Sequence record: OP991903.1
Length of the DNA: 64,000 bases
Strand: one strand, 5' to 3'
Position numbers and translations under genes: made by a program. The notes under the pieces are model-generated. The model ran no database searches and was not told where the DNA came from. It was given only the letters and a program-made list of their open reading frames with translations. Shown here in pieces: positions 54,638-63,460 of this stretch. The stretch's first letter is position 1, and each line of letters begins with the position of its first letter.

Positions 54638-54994
54638 ATGATGGACGAAGAAGAGAATTGGCTCGACCCGTTAAAAGATGCGATTAAAAACGGGGAGAAA
54701 GGCCCATTCGTTATTGACCCTAAGGAACGGAAGGTGGTCGTTCTTGGGGCTGGGATGGGGAGTATTGGTGGGGCGTTGCTCAGGGAAATGCGTCACAGTC
54801 AAGGGCTCTTCCCCAATACTGAGGAGTATGCCCGGGGTTTACGCAGCAAGGTCGAGAACTTAGACTGTATTGCTGAACTAGGTTCGCCGGTAGAAGGTAA
54901 GCGTTTACGTAGTGATGGCCGTCGCGAACTGATGATGAACAACGCCGGGACTATGGCCTGGCCTGCACCCAAACAACGCAGAGGAAGAAGATAA
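54638..54994 (+). CDS. hypothetical protein with shared C-terminal NxxGT motif (1 of 4)
   Basis: Ends RRELMMNNAGTMAWPAPKQRRGRR. Confidence 0.75.
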   Translation: MMDEEENWLDPLKDAIKNGEKGPFVIDPKERKVVVLGAGMGSIGGALLREMRHSQGLFPNTEEYARGLRSKVENLDCIAELGSPVEGKRLRSDGRRELMMNNAGTMAWPAPKQRRGRR

Positions 54995-55869
54995 TGGAAA
55001 AGAAAGATAAAGGCGTATCGTTGAATATTGGTTCACTCAACGTTCCTAATCGCAATGGGGTAAGCTACTCGCCCGACGCAATAGAAGCGGCGCTAGAGCG
55101 GGCTCTCGATGGCAGTAAGGTCTCCGCCAACGCAGCACTGTTCCCCAACGGTCAGATTCCTAACTTCGCCCAATTCCTGAAAATGATTGCGCCGCATCTT
55201 AGTGAAGAGAAGATTCGCATGATGGCTGAGATGGCCGAACGGATGCCAGACTACCCTGACATCGCCGCTAAACATCACCATGGTCAGGAACTCTTTGACC
55301 GCATTAAAGCACGGATGGCCAATGAACCGGCGGGCTTCAAGGTTCTTACGATGCGGGCACCGACCCCGACAGACTGGAATAAAGAATTTGACGAGTTAGG
55401 CTTGGGTCGTAAAGAAGCCGACGTCGAAATCAGTATCTCGCCGCGTATGATTGACGGACAGGTTGTCTCGTACGGCGTTGTGAAAAGTCGTCAGGGTCAC
55501 CCCGATGCACTGAACGTTGAGATTGACTCTTTACCTAACTGGTTGCGTGACGTCGACCTGCCACTGGACCCCATTGACCGGGACGTTCAATGTCAGTACC
55601 TGAACGAGATTAGACCCAACGAACCAAGTGCGCGTCTAAAGCGCTCGCTTGATAAACTTGACGGTGGGGTGAAGGCGGTAACGTTGGATATCCCTGACCC
55701 CTTCGGTTCCAGTCCTGGTTGCCGTAGTCTACTTAACACCTTCGGTTCAGCGCGTCAACGGGTCAATGGTGACATCACGGTGAACGGCAAACAACGCAAG
55801 GAGTTGGTTACCAATGCCAAAGGGACGATGGTCTTCCCACGAGCAAAACAAAAGTTCGGTCGTCGATAA
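54994..55869 (+). CDS. hypothetical protein with protease-like N-motif and shared C-terminal motif (2 of 4)
   Basis: Ends RKELVTNAKGTMVFPRAKQKFGRR; N-terminal IGSLNVPNRNGVSY. Confidence 0.8.
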   Translation: MEKKDKGVSLNIGSLNVPNRNGVSYSPDAIEAALERALDGSKVSANAALFPNGQIPNFAQFLKMIAPHLSEEKIRMMAEMAERMPDYPDIAAKHHHGQELFDRIKARMANEPAGFKVLTMRAPTPTDWNKEFDELGLGRKEADVEISISPRMIDGQVVSYGVVKSRQGHPDALNVEIDSLPNWLRDVDLPLDPIDRDVQCQYLNEIRPNEPSARLKRSLDKLDGGVKAVTLDIPDPFGSSPGCRSLLNTFGSARQRVNGDITVNGKQRKELVTNAKGTMVFPRAKQKFGRR

Positions 55870-56098
55870 GAAACTGATACTCGACGCCATCGAATATATG
55901 TCGATGTCGGAGGTTATTGAACTTATCTCGGCTATTGAAGAAAAGCAATCGAAGGAGGAAAAGATGAGCTTTGTATGGTTAGGTAAAAAAGACAAGATGC
56001 CGCAGAACTCCCGGCGTCATTATCAAACGAATCCGGATGGGACATTCGCCTACCCGGTACCAGACCGCAAGAAGGGGCACCGTAAACATGGAAAATAA
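55814..56098 (+). CDS. bL12 (L7/L12) N-terminal-domain-containing protein with shared C-terminal motif (3 of 4)
   Basis: DKKLILDAIEYMSMSEVIELISAIEEK vs E. coli bL12 [27 protein letters not shown] (14/27 identical); AAGGAG RBS at 55798; internal in-frame start at 55964. Confidence 0.7.
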   Translation: MPKGRWSSHEQNKSSVVDKKLILDAIEYMSMSEVIELISAIEEKQSKEEKMSFVWLGKKDKMPQNSRRHYQTNPDGTFAYPVPDRKKGHRKHGK

Positions 56099-56333
56099 AG
56101 AAGAGCATTTACCACTTACCACCCTCACCACTGAGAAGGGTCCAGACCCGGTGAGCGACAAGGTAAAGCAGGTGGCGAACCAGTTAGTGCAGCGTTATGT
56201 GCGCCAGCAAAAACTGGAGGAACAGGCTAAAAAGGACCCCATGTTCAACCTACGGGTGGCGCTACTGCGCGGAAACCCTAACCGTTCGAACGGTACCAGC
56301 TGGAATCTTCCGGGTAAGAAACGGCGGTGGTAA
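56088..56333 (+). CDS. hypothetical protein with related basic C-terminal motif (4 of 4)
   Basis: ATG 56088; ends NRSNGTSWNLPGKKRRW. Confidence 0.65.
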   Translation: MENKEEHLPLTTLTTEKGPDPVSDKVKQVANQLVQRYVRQQKLEEQAKKDPMFNLRVALLRGNPNRSNGTSWNLPGKKRRW

Positions 56334-56398
56334 CCGCCTTTATCCGTCCCATCGGGAACTCAATTCCCTAACCCAATCATTTTTTAAGTGCGGTACTC

Positions 56399-56677
56399 AT
56401 GTCTGTGAATAACTTTGACTATCAGGAAGTGGAAGAGATAATTGATTTCCTCTCAACCATCACCCTCTGTTATCATTTTAATAATGGTAATGCTCGGAAA
56501 ATAAAGAAGTGCGCGCGCTCCATGAAAGCACGATTCACTCGCCGTACTCCGAGACGTTACTGCGATAAAATAATAGAGGAGCCTGAGGATGCGTTCTTCA
56601 TCATTAACACAATTAGCAGCGGTCACTTTAACGTTCTGGCCCTGCGCGATTCTTCAAAGCAATTCCTATCCGTTTAA
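56399..56677 (+). CDS. hypothetical protein
   Basis: 92 aa. Confidence 0.6.
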   Translation: MSVNNFDYQEVEEIIDFLSTITLCYHFNNGNARKIKKCARSMKARFTRRTPRRYCDKIIEEPEDAFFIINTISSGHFNVLALRDSSKQFLSV

Positions 56678-56710
56678 GTATAATCCCGTACCCATCTCAG
56701 GGGGTCCACC

Positions 56711-57676
56711 GTGAATAACTTTTTTGTATTTTATCACGCACTGTGCATCGACGGATTTTCCGCCGCTGCAACTTTGTGGCGTGCGTTACCGAGCGCAACT
56801 TACCGACCAGTCCACTATAACTCCCCGCTGCCGTTAGAAGGAGTTGGCCAGGGCGATACGCTGTACTTCGTTGATTTTGCACCACCGCCTGAGGAAATCA
56901 GTAACCTCGCGAAGTTAGAGCCTGCTCGCGTTGTTATCCTCGACCATCATGCGTCAATGGTTGACGCGTATGCAAAAGCGGACTGCCCAGAGTTTCAAGC
57001 CGTGCTCCGTGCTGCTAATGTTGAGCTGACATTAGACGGAACACGTTCTGGTGCAGGGTTGACCTGGGCGCATCTGTACCCGGACACACCGCTCCCCTAT
57101 GTACTCGCTTGTGTACAAGACCGTGACCTCTGGCAGTTCAAACTTCCAGACTCGCGGGACTTCTACGAGTTCTTCATCCTTTTCCTCAACAAACCGTTCT
57201 CTGAGTTCAACCGTTTAATCGACGATGTTGGCGTGGTTAACGACGGTGTCTTCTCCTCGACCATGGGTGCCACGGCATACCTCGGCGTGAAAGAAGCCTC
57301 AGAAGCGTTGAAGGAAAAACGAGATGTCGAGATTCAATTCCACCTCGATAACTGTCTGACCGAATGGCCGTTTGGCGATTCAGGTAAGATGGCTGTCGTG
57401 AACTGTCACCGCCCTATTACCTCGGAACTTTGCGACCGCATCAAAGATTCATATGACGTGGTTGCTTGTTATTTCCATCGTAAAATGGGGTCGATGGTTT
57501 CACTGCGTTCAAAAGACTATAACGTCCGCTTTCTGGCTGAGAAGCTGGGCGGGGGTGGTCATGCGAACGCGGCAGGTGTGGAGCTGTTTTTCGCCATTAC
57601 GCCGGAAACACTTGCTGCCATGCTCTTCGATGCTAACAAAGAACTTCATGCTGCAAGTGAGGCTGAGAATGGATGA
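56711..57676 (+). CDS. DHH/DHHA1 family phosphoesterase
   Basis: YH..CIDG..AA, VDF, LDHH, SLRS, GGGHANAAG. Confidence 0.9.
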   Translation: MNNFFVFYHALCIDGFSAAATLWRALPSATYRPVHYNSPLPLEGVGQGDTLYFVDFAPPPEEISNLAKLEPARVVILDHHASMVDAYAKADCPEFQAVLRAANVELTLDGTRSGAGLTWAHLYPDTPLPYVLACVQDRDLWQFKLPDSRDFYEFFILFLNKPFSEFNRLIDDVGVVNDGVFSSTMGATAYLGVKEASEALKEKRDVEIQFHLDNCLTEWPFGDSGKMAVVNCHRPITSELCDRIKDSYDVVACYFHRKMGSMVSLRSKDYNVRFLAEKLGGGGHANAAGVELFFAITPETLAAMLFDANKELHAASEAENG

Positions 57677-58172
57677 AATCTCTGGGGCACCATCACTGTT
57701 AAAGATGTGTGGCATCAGTATGGAATCACGCTACCTGGAAAAGGTGGTGGATTTCAACTATAGCGTCAATGACGATTTGGGAGGTACGGCGTCGATTGAT
57801 TTGCGCGACGTGTCCTGCATCTCTGTCAATAAGCAACGTAAAGGGAACTTGTGGGTGCTGAACTTCGGTCCACGGAGCAAGGCGAACAATTCCATTTGCA
57901 TGTACTATAAAAGCGAAATGGCGACAGAGCTGGTACGTTCGACCATGTCTGCTGAGAAGAAGCGTCAAATTGAACACGACGAGGCAGCCTATGCAAACCT
58001 TAGTATCCCGGTTGAACCAGTGCAAGCAATCCCTGCAACACTGGCTGAAGAAAATCACGACCCGCGTTTCGATGGAGAAAGTCATCCGCGTGGAAACGGC
58101 TACTGGCGTGTACTTCTTCGACGCTTGTTCGGTCGTGTCCGTGAGCGAACCCACAATGAGCGGGTTGACTAA
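57669..58172 (+). CDS. hypothetical protein
   Basis: Start ATG 57669 coupled to DHH gene. Confidence 0.6.
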   Translation: MDEISGAPSLLKMCGISMESRYLEKVVDFNYSVNDDLGGTASIDLRDVSCISVNKQRKGNLWVLNFGPRSKANNSICMYYKSEMATELVRSTMSAEKKRQIEHDEAAYANLSIPVEPVQAIPATLAEENHDPRFDGESHPRGNGYWRVLLRRLFGRVRERTHNERVD

Positions 58173-58335
58173 TTACCGTCAAGCAGTGATGGTCGTGAAG
58201 TCAACAACACAAGGCACTGTTCCAGTTACAACGGTAACGTTGGAAGAGCTGGAAGTTACGTACAGAAATCTCGTTGAGGGTATCTCGGCTATTCGGGCCC
58301 CGGTACAGACCATCCTTCAACGTACTTCTATGTAG
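58072..58335 (+). CDS. hypothetical protein
   Basis: Start ATG 58072 uncertain; overlaps previous gene. Confidence 0.45.
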   Translation: MEKVIRVETATGVYFFDACSVVSVSEPTMSGLTNYRQAVMVVKSTTQGTVPVTTVTLEELEVTYRNLVEGISAIRAPVQTILQRTSM

Positions 58336-58365
58336 CAAGTGCATTGCCGCATTATCATACCTTTT

Positions 58366-58394
58366 GAAGGAGCTTCGGCTCCTTCTTTTTTTTT
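58366..58394 (+). terminator. intrinsic terminator
   Basis: GAAGGAGC-TTCG-GCTCCTTC plus T run. Confidence 0.8.
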
Positions 58395-58405
58395 GTTTCA
58401 AACGG

Positions 58406-58439
58406 GCATAAAGGAGGGCGAAAGCCCTCCTTTTTTTTT
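58406..58439. terminator. bidirectional terminator
   Basis: GCATAAAGGAGGGC-GAAA-GCCCTCCTTTTTTTT. Confidence 0.8.
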
Positions 58440-58446
58440 GCTGTCT

Positions 58447-59361
58447 CTACAGTTGGAGTTCCAGTACGGGACGCCAGTTGTAGTAGTTACTGGACCAGGC
58501 CACGGTACTTGGCACATCTGATGCAAGCGTGGCGAACATTTGAACGATGGTTCCGTTAGCCGTCATGTGCTGCGTCAAGGCACCGGTGAAGAGGGTGTTA
58601 TTGGTGCTGTATACCGGTTTGTTACCCAGGCGTGAGCGCGTACTAAAGTTGTACGTACCACAACCCAACCGTCCCATCGTGCGGTTCCACTCACCCTCAC
58701 CCCAGCGCACGTCGCCATTCGTCAGGTCGGTCACCAGCTCCGACGTTGGCGCAGCAGTGGCCTTCATGAGGCGGACCAGGTAGGTACGGTTGTTCTTAGT
58801 CACTGTTTTCTTTTGGTTGTAGTTACCACCAGAAAACGACGCCGGGCGGTCCCCGTAACCGTCTACCCCGTACACCAAGCCAGCGCGGTAGATGTATAAC
58901 CAACCATCTGCTGCCATACATAAATCCGGGATAAACAGGATTTTCCCATCCAGGATAAACTTGTGCCAGACATTGGACGCCGTGGTGTTGACCGCACCGT
59001 TGGGGACGTAACCTAACGCGGTACACAGTTCTTGCGCGGCAAACAATTCAGCTTGCGTACAGGTTCCGAAGTACCCTTCGTTCCAGTTCCCACGCAACAG
59101 TTTAGACGGTCCAGGACCGGTGTCCGGGAAGTAACCGTATTGTTGGTTCTGCGTGAAGATGACGTCGTCACCCTTGTAGCTACCGATAACGTAATAGTAC
59201 ACGGTGTTACGCGCAGCAGTAACATCAGAGAACGATGTGGCTGTTCCCGCTAAGGTGGCGATTGGGTCAGGAAGGGCTGACAACTCAATTTTACTGGTTG
59301 CGCGGTAAACCTTAATGGTGTCAGCATTATTAGGATTAGTAAAGGCGATACGAATAGACAT
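58447..59361 (-). CDS. virion fibre-like paralog (FN3/Ig-like N-domain plus family core)
   Basis: GPGP..L.RG.W..GYFG, WHKF..DGK.L..P, YG.D, EWN, WRPVLEL. Confidence 0.75.
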   Translation of the reverse strand: MSIRIAFTNPNNADTIKVYRATSKIELSALPDPIATLAGTATSFSDVTAARNTVYYYVIGSYKGDDVIFTQNQQYGYFPDTGPGPSKLLRGNWNEGYFGTCTQAELFAAQELCTALGYVPNGAVNTTASNVWHKFILDGKILFIPDLCMAADGWLYIYRAGLVYGVDGYGDRPASFSGGNYNQKKTVTKNNRTYLVRLMKATAAPTSELVTDLTNGDVRWGEGEWNRTMGRLGCGTYNFSTRSRLGNKPVYSTNNTLFTGALTQHMTANGTIVQMFATLASDVPSTVAWSSNYYNWRPVLELQL

Positions 59362-59365
59362 GACA

Positions 59366-60328
59366 TTAACCCTCAACCAATTCTAACACGGGGTACCAGT
59401 AATACGAAGCACTCGCTGAGCTGGTTGTTACGGTAGTGCGGGAGGCGATGTACGCGCTGGTGTCGGCGGCGGTGTCGTCATTGCTGACGGCTTGTCCGCG
59501 GACGCTGGCTGACGAAATCGTGGCGAGTTCCTGGACCAGGCTGAACCCGCTCGTATTACCCGCACCACAGATAGCAGAGGTCGACTTCCCGTTGAGATAA
59601 ATGTTTTCCAGGCGCTGGTCAGCGGGCACCGCATGACCCAGTGGATAAACCAGGTCGTTCCACTCGTTAGGGGTCAGTACGGTGGCGGGGTAATCCGTAT
59701 AGGCCTGGTCCGTCATCCCTTTAAGCAAGCGGACACGAAAAACATCCTTACCGATGGTGATTTTCGCAGACTGTTTTACTGGGGCGGCAGGTGGCATCGG
59801 ACCGTTGTCATCCGTACCGTAAACCATCCCTGCCTGGTACAACTGTAACCAACTTGCCGTGCTGGCAATGGGTCCCTCTGGAATAATCAACACCTTGTTG
59901 TTACGAACGAACTTGTGCCAAATCGGGAACGGGTTCAAGACCGCTACCCCTGACGCAAAGTTTTTCACGCCGGTTAAATCAACGAACTCGGAACCGTTAA
60001 CGAACTCACCGGACTGAATGGTCCCAAAGTACCCGAGACTGTTGTCACCCTGTTTCAGTTTCTGTGGACCGGGGCCACGACGGGTAACGGCGTTGATTTT
60101 GTAGTTCTGGGACACAATACGGTCAGTGGCCGTGGTGTTCACGAACACGTAGTAGTAATCTTTCCCCAGAAGAATGTTAGACTCGTCGCGGTACGACGTC
60201 TCACCGTTAGTAAGCGTGGCAACTGGAGTACTCGGGAGGTTTAGGCGGTCAAGTGGTGCATCTCCACGAAAAATCTCCAGCTTGGTTGCTACGCTGTTCA
60301 GGTCTGTCCAGCTCAAGTCAATGAACAT
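59366..60328 (-). CDS. virion fibre-like paralog (FN3/Ig-like N-domain plus family core)
   Basis: Same motif set; LSW...TLTNGET N-domain. Confidence 0.75.
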   Translation of the reverse strand: MFIDLSWTDLNSVATKLEIFRGDAPLDRLNLPSTPVATLTNGETSYRDESNILLGKDYYYVFVNTTATDRIVSQNYKINAVTRRGPGPQKLKQGDNSLGYFGTIQSGEFVNGSEFVDLTGVKNFASGVAVLNPFPIWHKFVRNNKVLIIPEGPIASTASWLQLYQAGMVYGTDDNGPMPPAAPVKQSAKITIGKDVFRVRLLKGMTDQAYTDYPATVLTPNEWNDLVYPLGHAVPADQRLENIYLNGKSTSAICGAGNTSGFSLVQELATISSASVRGQAVSNDDTAADTSAYIASRTTVTTSSASASYYWYPVLELVEG

Positions 60329-60343
60329 AGTGGCCTCGTTCTA

Positions 60344-61597
60344 TTACGTCCCATCGGCTTCGATGGTAAAGGTTGGTGTTGGTGCGTTTTGTTTCGCGCT
60401 GTTGGAGAAGTCAACGGAACCTTCGTATCCTTTTACCGTATAATCCAGGATAGGCTGCTGTGCGGTCCTTATCGCCACCACACGCTGCGGAGAGATTAAC
60501 CCGGCATCTACAGTCTCTACGGCTGCGGTGAGCGTCACGGTGGCTTGAGGGACGTTAACGAACACTTCCTCGCGACCTGTCTGCACATTCACCGCTTGCG
60601 GCGTCATAGCACTGTTACGGAGCGTCATGTTGCGCAGAGGGACGAGTTCACTGGTGTCGGTGAAGTCAGCGGTCAGGACTTGTTTCCCAGTAGACGGTTC
60701 CAACCAGACTTGTTCGGTCTTTGTGTCGAAACCGAACATGACACCTAACTGATGGGAATTGTATCCTCTGACGTTACCGACGCCTTTGAGTGGCGCTACG
60801 CCGTCATCACCAAAGACCGGGAAGAAGTTCTTCTGTCCACCACTTACTGCGAAGTAAGGAAGGTATGGACTGAGCGCCATGTTCGGGTCATTAATGAGTT
60901 CCAACACTGGTCGCCAACTTATCGACGATGACGTGGTGTTCATCGCGATGTAGTTCTTCAGTGCGATAGTGTTGTTCCCGCCACGGGTACCGTAGTTCGT
61001 CCCGTCGCCATTTCGTTCCTTGATGGTAGCAAGACGGTTGGTGTACCCCTGGTTCATTTCCTGCCAGCCGTAGGTTTCCCACTTCTGCGCAAAGAACGGT
61101 GTCCAGAGACGGTCCCATTCCGAGCGGTCACTCGCCCAGTCATTGGTGGAGTTGATGAGGCTATTGGCCCCGGACATCAATTGAAGCTTCAACGGCCAGA
61201 TTTTATTGACTCCGACAATCTTTTCAATCTTTGTCACCATCCTGAACTGGTCAACCGCACCGCCCGCCGGTACCGGTGCATCCCCATTCCCTTTAACCCC
61301 GTATACGGCTCCGGCGGCGTACAGGTCCTCCCACTTAGTCCCCATGGTAATCGGGTACTTCGGCGTGTACAACACTCTCCCATCCAGAATGAACTTCAAC
61401 CAAACATTCAGGGCAGCATTGTTCTTGGTTCCGGTTACAGGCTTAACCATCCCCCAGACTTCATCGTTACCAAACAATTCCGCCTGTGTAACTTCCCCAA
61501 AGTACCCGAGGTCGCGGGTACCGAACTTCAACTTCTTGTTCCCGGGCCCGGACCAAGGGTAGACTCTTCCGGACCCACCCATCATCATTTCGAGCAT
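60344..61597 (-). CDS. virion fibre-like paralog (family core plus C-terminal extension)
   Basis: Start MLEMMM at 61597; core ends WRPVLEL, then ~150-aa tail. Confidence 0.75.
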   Translation of the reverse strand: MLEMMMGGSGRVYPWSGPGNKKLKFGTRDLGYFGEVTQAELFGNDEVWGMVKPVTGTKNNAALNVWLKFILDGRVLYTPKYPITMGTKWEDLYAAGAVYGVKGNGDAPVPAGGAVDQFRMVTKIEKIVGVNKIWPLKLQLMSGANSLINSTNDWASDRSEWDRLWTPFFAQKWETYGWQEMNQGYTNRLATIKERNGDGTNYGTRGGNNTIALKNYIAMNTTSSSISWRPVLELINDPNMALSPYLPYFAVSGGQKNFFPVFGDDGVAPLKGVGNVRGYNSHQLGVMFGFDTKTEQVWLEPSTGKQVLTADFTDTSELVPLRNMTLRNSAMTPQAVNVQTGREEVFVNVPQATVTLTAAVETVDAGLISPQRVVAIRTAQQPILDYTVKGYEGSVDFSNSAKQNAPTPTFTIEADGT

Positions 61598-61607
61598 GGT
61601 GCTACCC

Positions 61608-62486
61608 TCAGAGGAATTCAAGCTCCAGCACCGGTACCCAGTTGTTGAATGCCGTGGTTGGTACGTTGCTGGTTAGTCCTGATGGCGGTGCCATTATTGC
61701 GACCACGTTATTCGCAAACCAGTTGTTGGTATAAATTCCTGCGACAACCGGTAGGTCGAGGAACCTCCCCTTACCGTAAGTACCAGGGTTGTTGAGATAC
61801 ATTCGGTCAAATATCTCCAGTACTTCGGTATTCGCCCAGAGGGCGACCTGGGAGTTAATTGCGGCAGCAACCCCTTTTGGCGCTCTGAAGATAAAACTCC
61901 ACCCACCTTTTGTCATCCTTGCCATCTGATTTTTAGGTGTGGGGTTAGGGTTAGCGGCTGGAGGTACGTTTCCGTTGTCGTCGGTACCGTAGATTAGTCC
62001 AGCGGCATAGACGGCAAACCAGGATACCGTACCGATAGAAATTCCCGGGGTGAAGATTATTTTCCCGTTATAGATGAACTTGTACCAGGTGCTGATGGTA
62101 TTCAGAGTCATCCCGGCGGTAGTCGGGATTTGGGTTTTGATGTCGCCGGTGGTAAAGAGGTCAGCACTGGTCACCTCACCGAAGTACCCACAGAACCAAT
62201 CACCTCGGGCTAAGGTAGTGGGGCCTGGTCCGGTGTCGTTGTAGTTCCCCGCTGTGAACGGTACACCACCAGTAACCTTACCGTCCTTTACCCCGGCAAT
62301 GAGGTAGCTGTACGATGTGTTCTTCACAGCGGTGGTGTCGGTATACGTAACGGTATTCGCCGCCAGGTTCGCCACCAGTGGAGCAGGTAACGCCTGACTC
62401 ATGTCGAACTTACCGGCATTACGGTAAATGTTTACCCCGGTATAACCTTTAAGCGAGAGGTCTTTCCAATCGAGTTTGATGGCCAT
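61608..62486 (-). CDS. virion fibre-like paralog (FN3/Ig-like N-domain plus family core)
   Basis: Same motif set; ends WVPVLEL. Confidence 0.75.
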   Translation of the reverse strand: MAIKLDWKDLSLKGYTGVNIYRNAGKFDMSQALPAPLVANLAANTVTYTDTTAVKNTSYSYLIAGVKDGKVTGGVPFTAGNYNDTGPGPTTLARGDWFCGYFGEVTSADLFTTGDIKTQIPTTAGMTLNTISTWYKFIYNGKIIFTPGISIGTVSWFAVYAAGLIYGTDDNGNVPPAANPNPTPKNQMARMTKGGWSFIFRAPKGVAAAINSQVALWANTEVLEIFDRMYLNNPGTYGKGRFLDLPVVAGIYTNNWFANNVVAIMAPPSGLTSNVPTTAFNNWVPVLELEFL

Positions 62487-62489
62487 TCA

Positions 62490-63455
62490 TTAATCCTCTA
62501 TCAGCTCTAAAACAGGGTACCAAAGCAAGGTGGATGCGGCACGGGCAGTGGGAATCGCTTGCATATACGTCATGATGTCCCTTCCCGTCAACCCGTTCGA
62601 GTTACCGCGCGATAACATCGCCCCTTTCGAAACGCTCACTTCCTGGCACAGCACTGCACGAGTACTGGATACCACGAAGTTGGCAGCGGTAATGCTATCC
62701 ACATTGAACAGGCGCTGTTTCAACGGCGTGTTTTGGACCACTGGATAGAAGAGGTCGTTGAACTCGCACTCAGGGGTGTTCGCCACGTTATCGTGATTCA
62801 GACCGGTGGTATTACTTAGGTCGTACTGGTTGGCGTTATCGGCGTCAGCGTACCCGCGCGGTAGACGGAGGAAGTACCGGTCACTGCGATAGCTGACTAC
62901 CCGGCGCTGGTTTTGTGCCGTACTCAACTGTCCGTCGGTTGGGCCGTTATCGTCTGTACCGAACACCCAACCAGCCTGATAAAGTTGCGTCATGGTGACC
63001 GCGGAACTCAGGTACGTATTGGGTACGTACAATATTTTCCCGCGACGGACGAACTTGTGCCATGTCGCAGTTCCACTGACCGACAACCCGGACCCGGCTT
63101 GCGAAGCCTGAAGGGTGGCAGCGGGGATAAAATCGGTGGCGGCGATGGAGCCGAAGTACCCCAGACGTTCATCACCTTGTTGCAGGAGGTTCGGCCCCAG
63201 ACCACGCCCGAGTCCCGTTTGCATTACAATGTTTCGCGTGGGCGCTTTCTGAGAGCCGTCTTTCGTGACCATCTGAATCACGTAGTTGTACGTGGCCCCG
63301 TAGACAACACCCGTGTCTTCCCATGCCGTTTCCCCATTGGTCAGGGTGATGAGTGGGTTAGACAAGTTTGCGGTATCCAGCGGGGTCAGTGAACGGTAAA
63401 TCTCCACGTTCGTTGCCAGGGCGTTGTTATTTACCCAAGAGAGTTTGTTACCCAT
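62490..63455 (-). CDS. virion fibre-like paralog (FN3/Ig-like N-domain plus family core)
   Basis: Same motif set; ends WYPVLEL. Confidence 0.75.
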   Translation of the reverse strand: MGNKLSWVNNNALATNVEIYRSLTPLDTANLSNPLITLTNGETAWEDTGVVYGATYNYVIQMVTKDGSQKAPTRNIVMQTGLGRGLGPNLLQQGDERLGYFGSIAATDFIPAATLQASQAGSGLSVSGTATWHKFVRRGKILYVPNTYLSSAVTMTQLYQAGWVFGTDDNGPTDGQLSTAQNQRRVVSYRSDRYFLRLPRGYADADNANQYDLSNTTGLNHDNVANTPECEFNDLFYPVVQNTPLKQRLFNVDSITAANFVVSSTRAVLCQEVSVSKGAMLSRGNSNGLTGRDIMTYMQAIPTARAASTLLWYPVLELIED

Positions 63456-63460
63456 TGTTA

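Noticed and set aside
56673-56684. Sigma70 promoter from TATAAT at 56679
   Set aside because: No -35 element at a suitable spacing.
58329-58335. TATGTAG as another bipartite promoter
   Set aside because: It is the stop codon region of an ORF, faces a terminator, and has no TAC at the 14-15 nt spacing.
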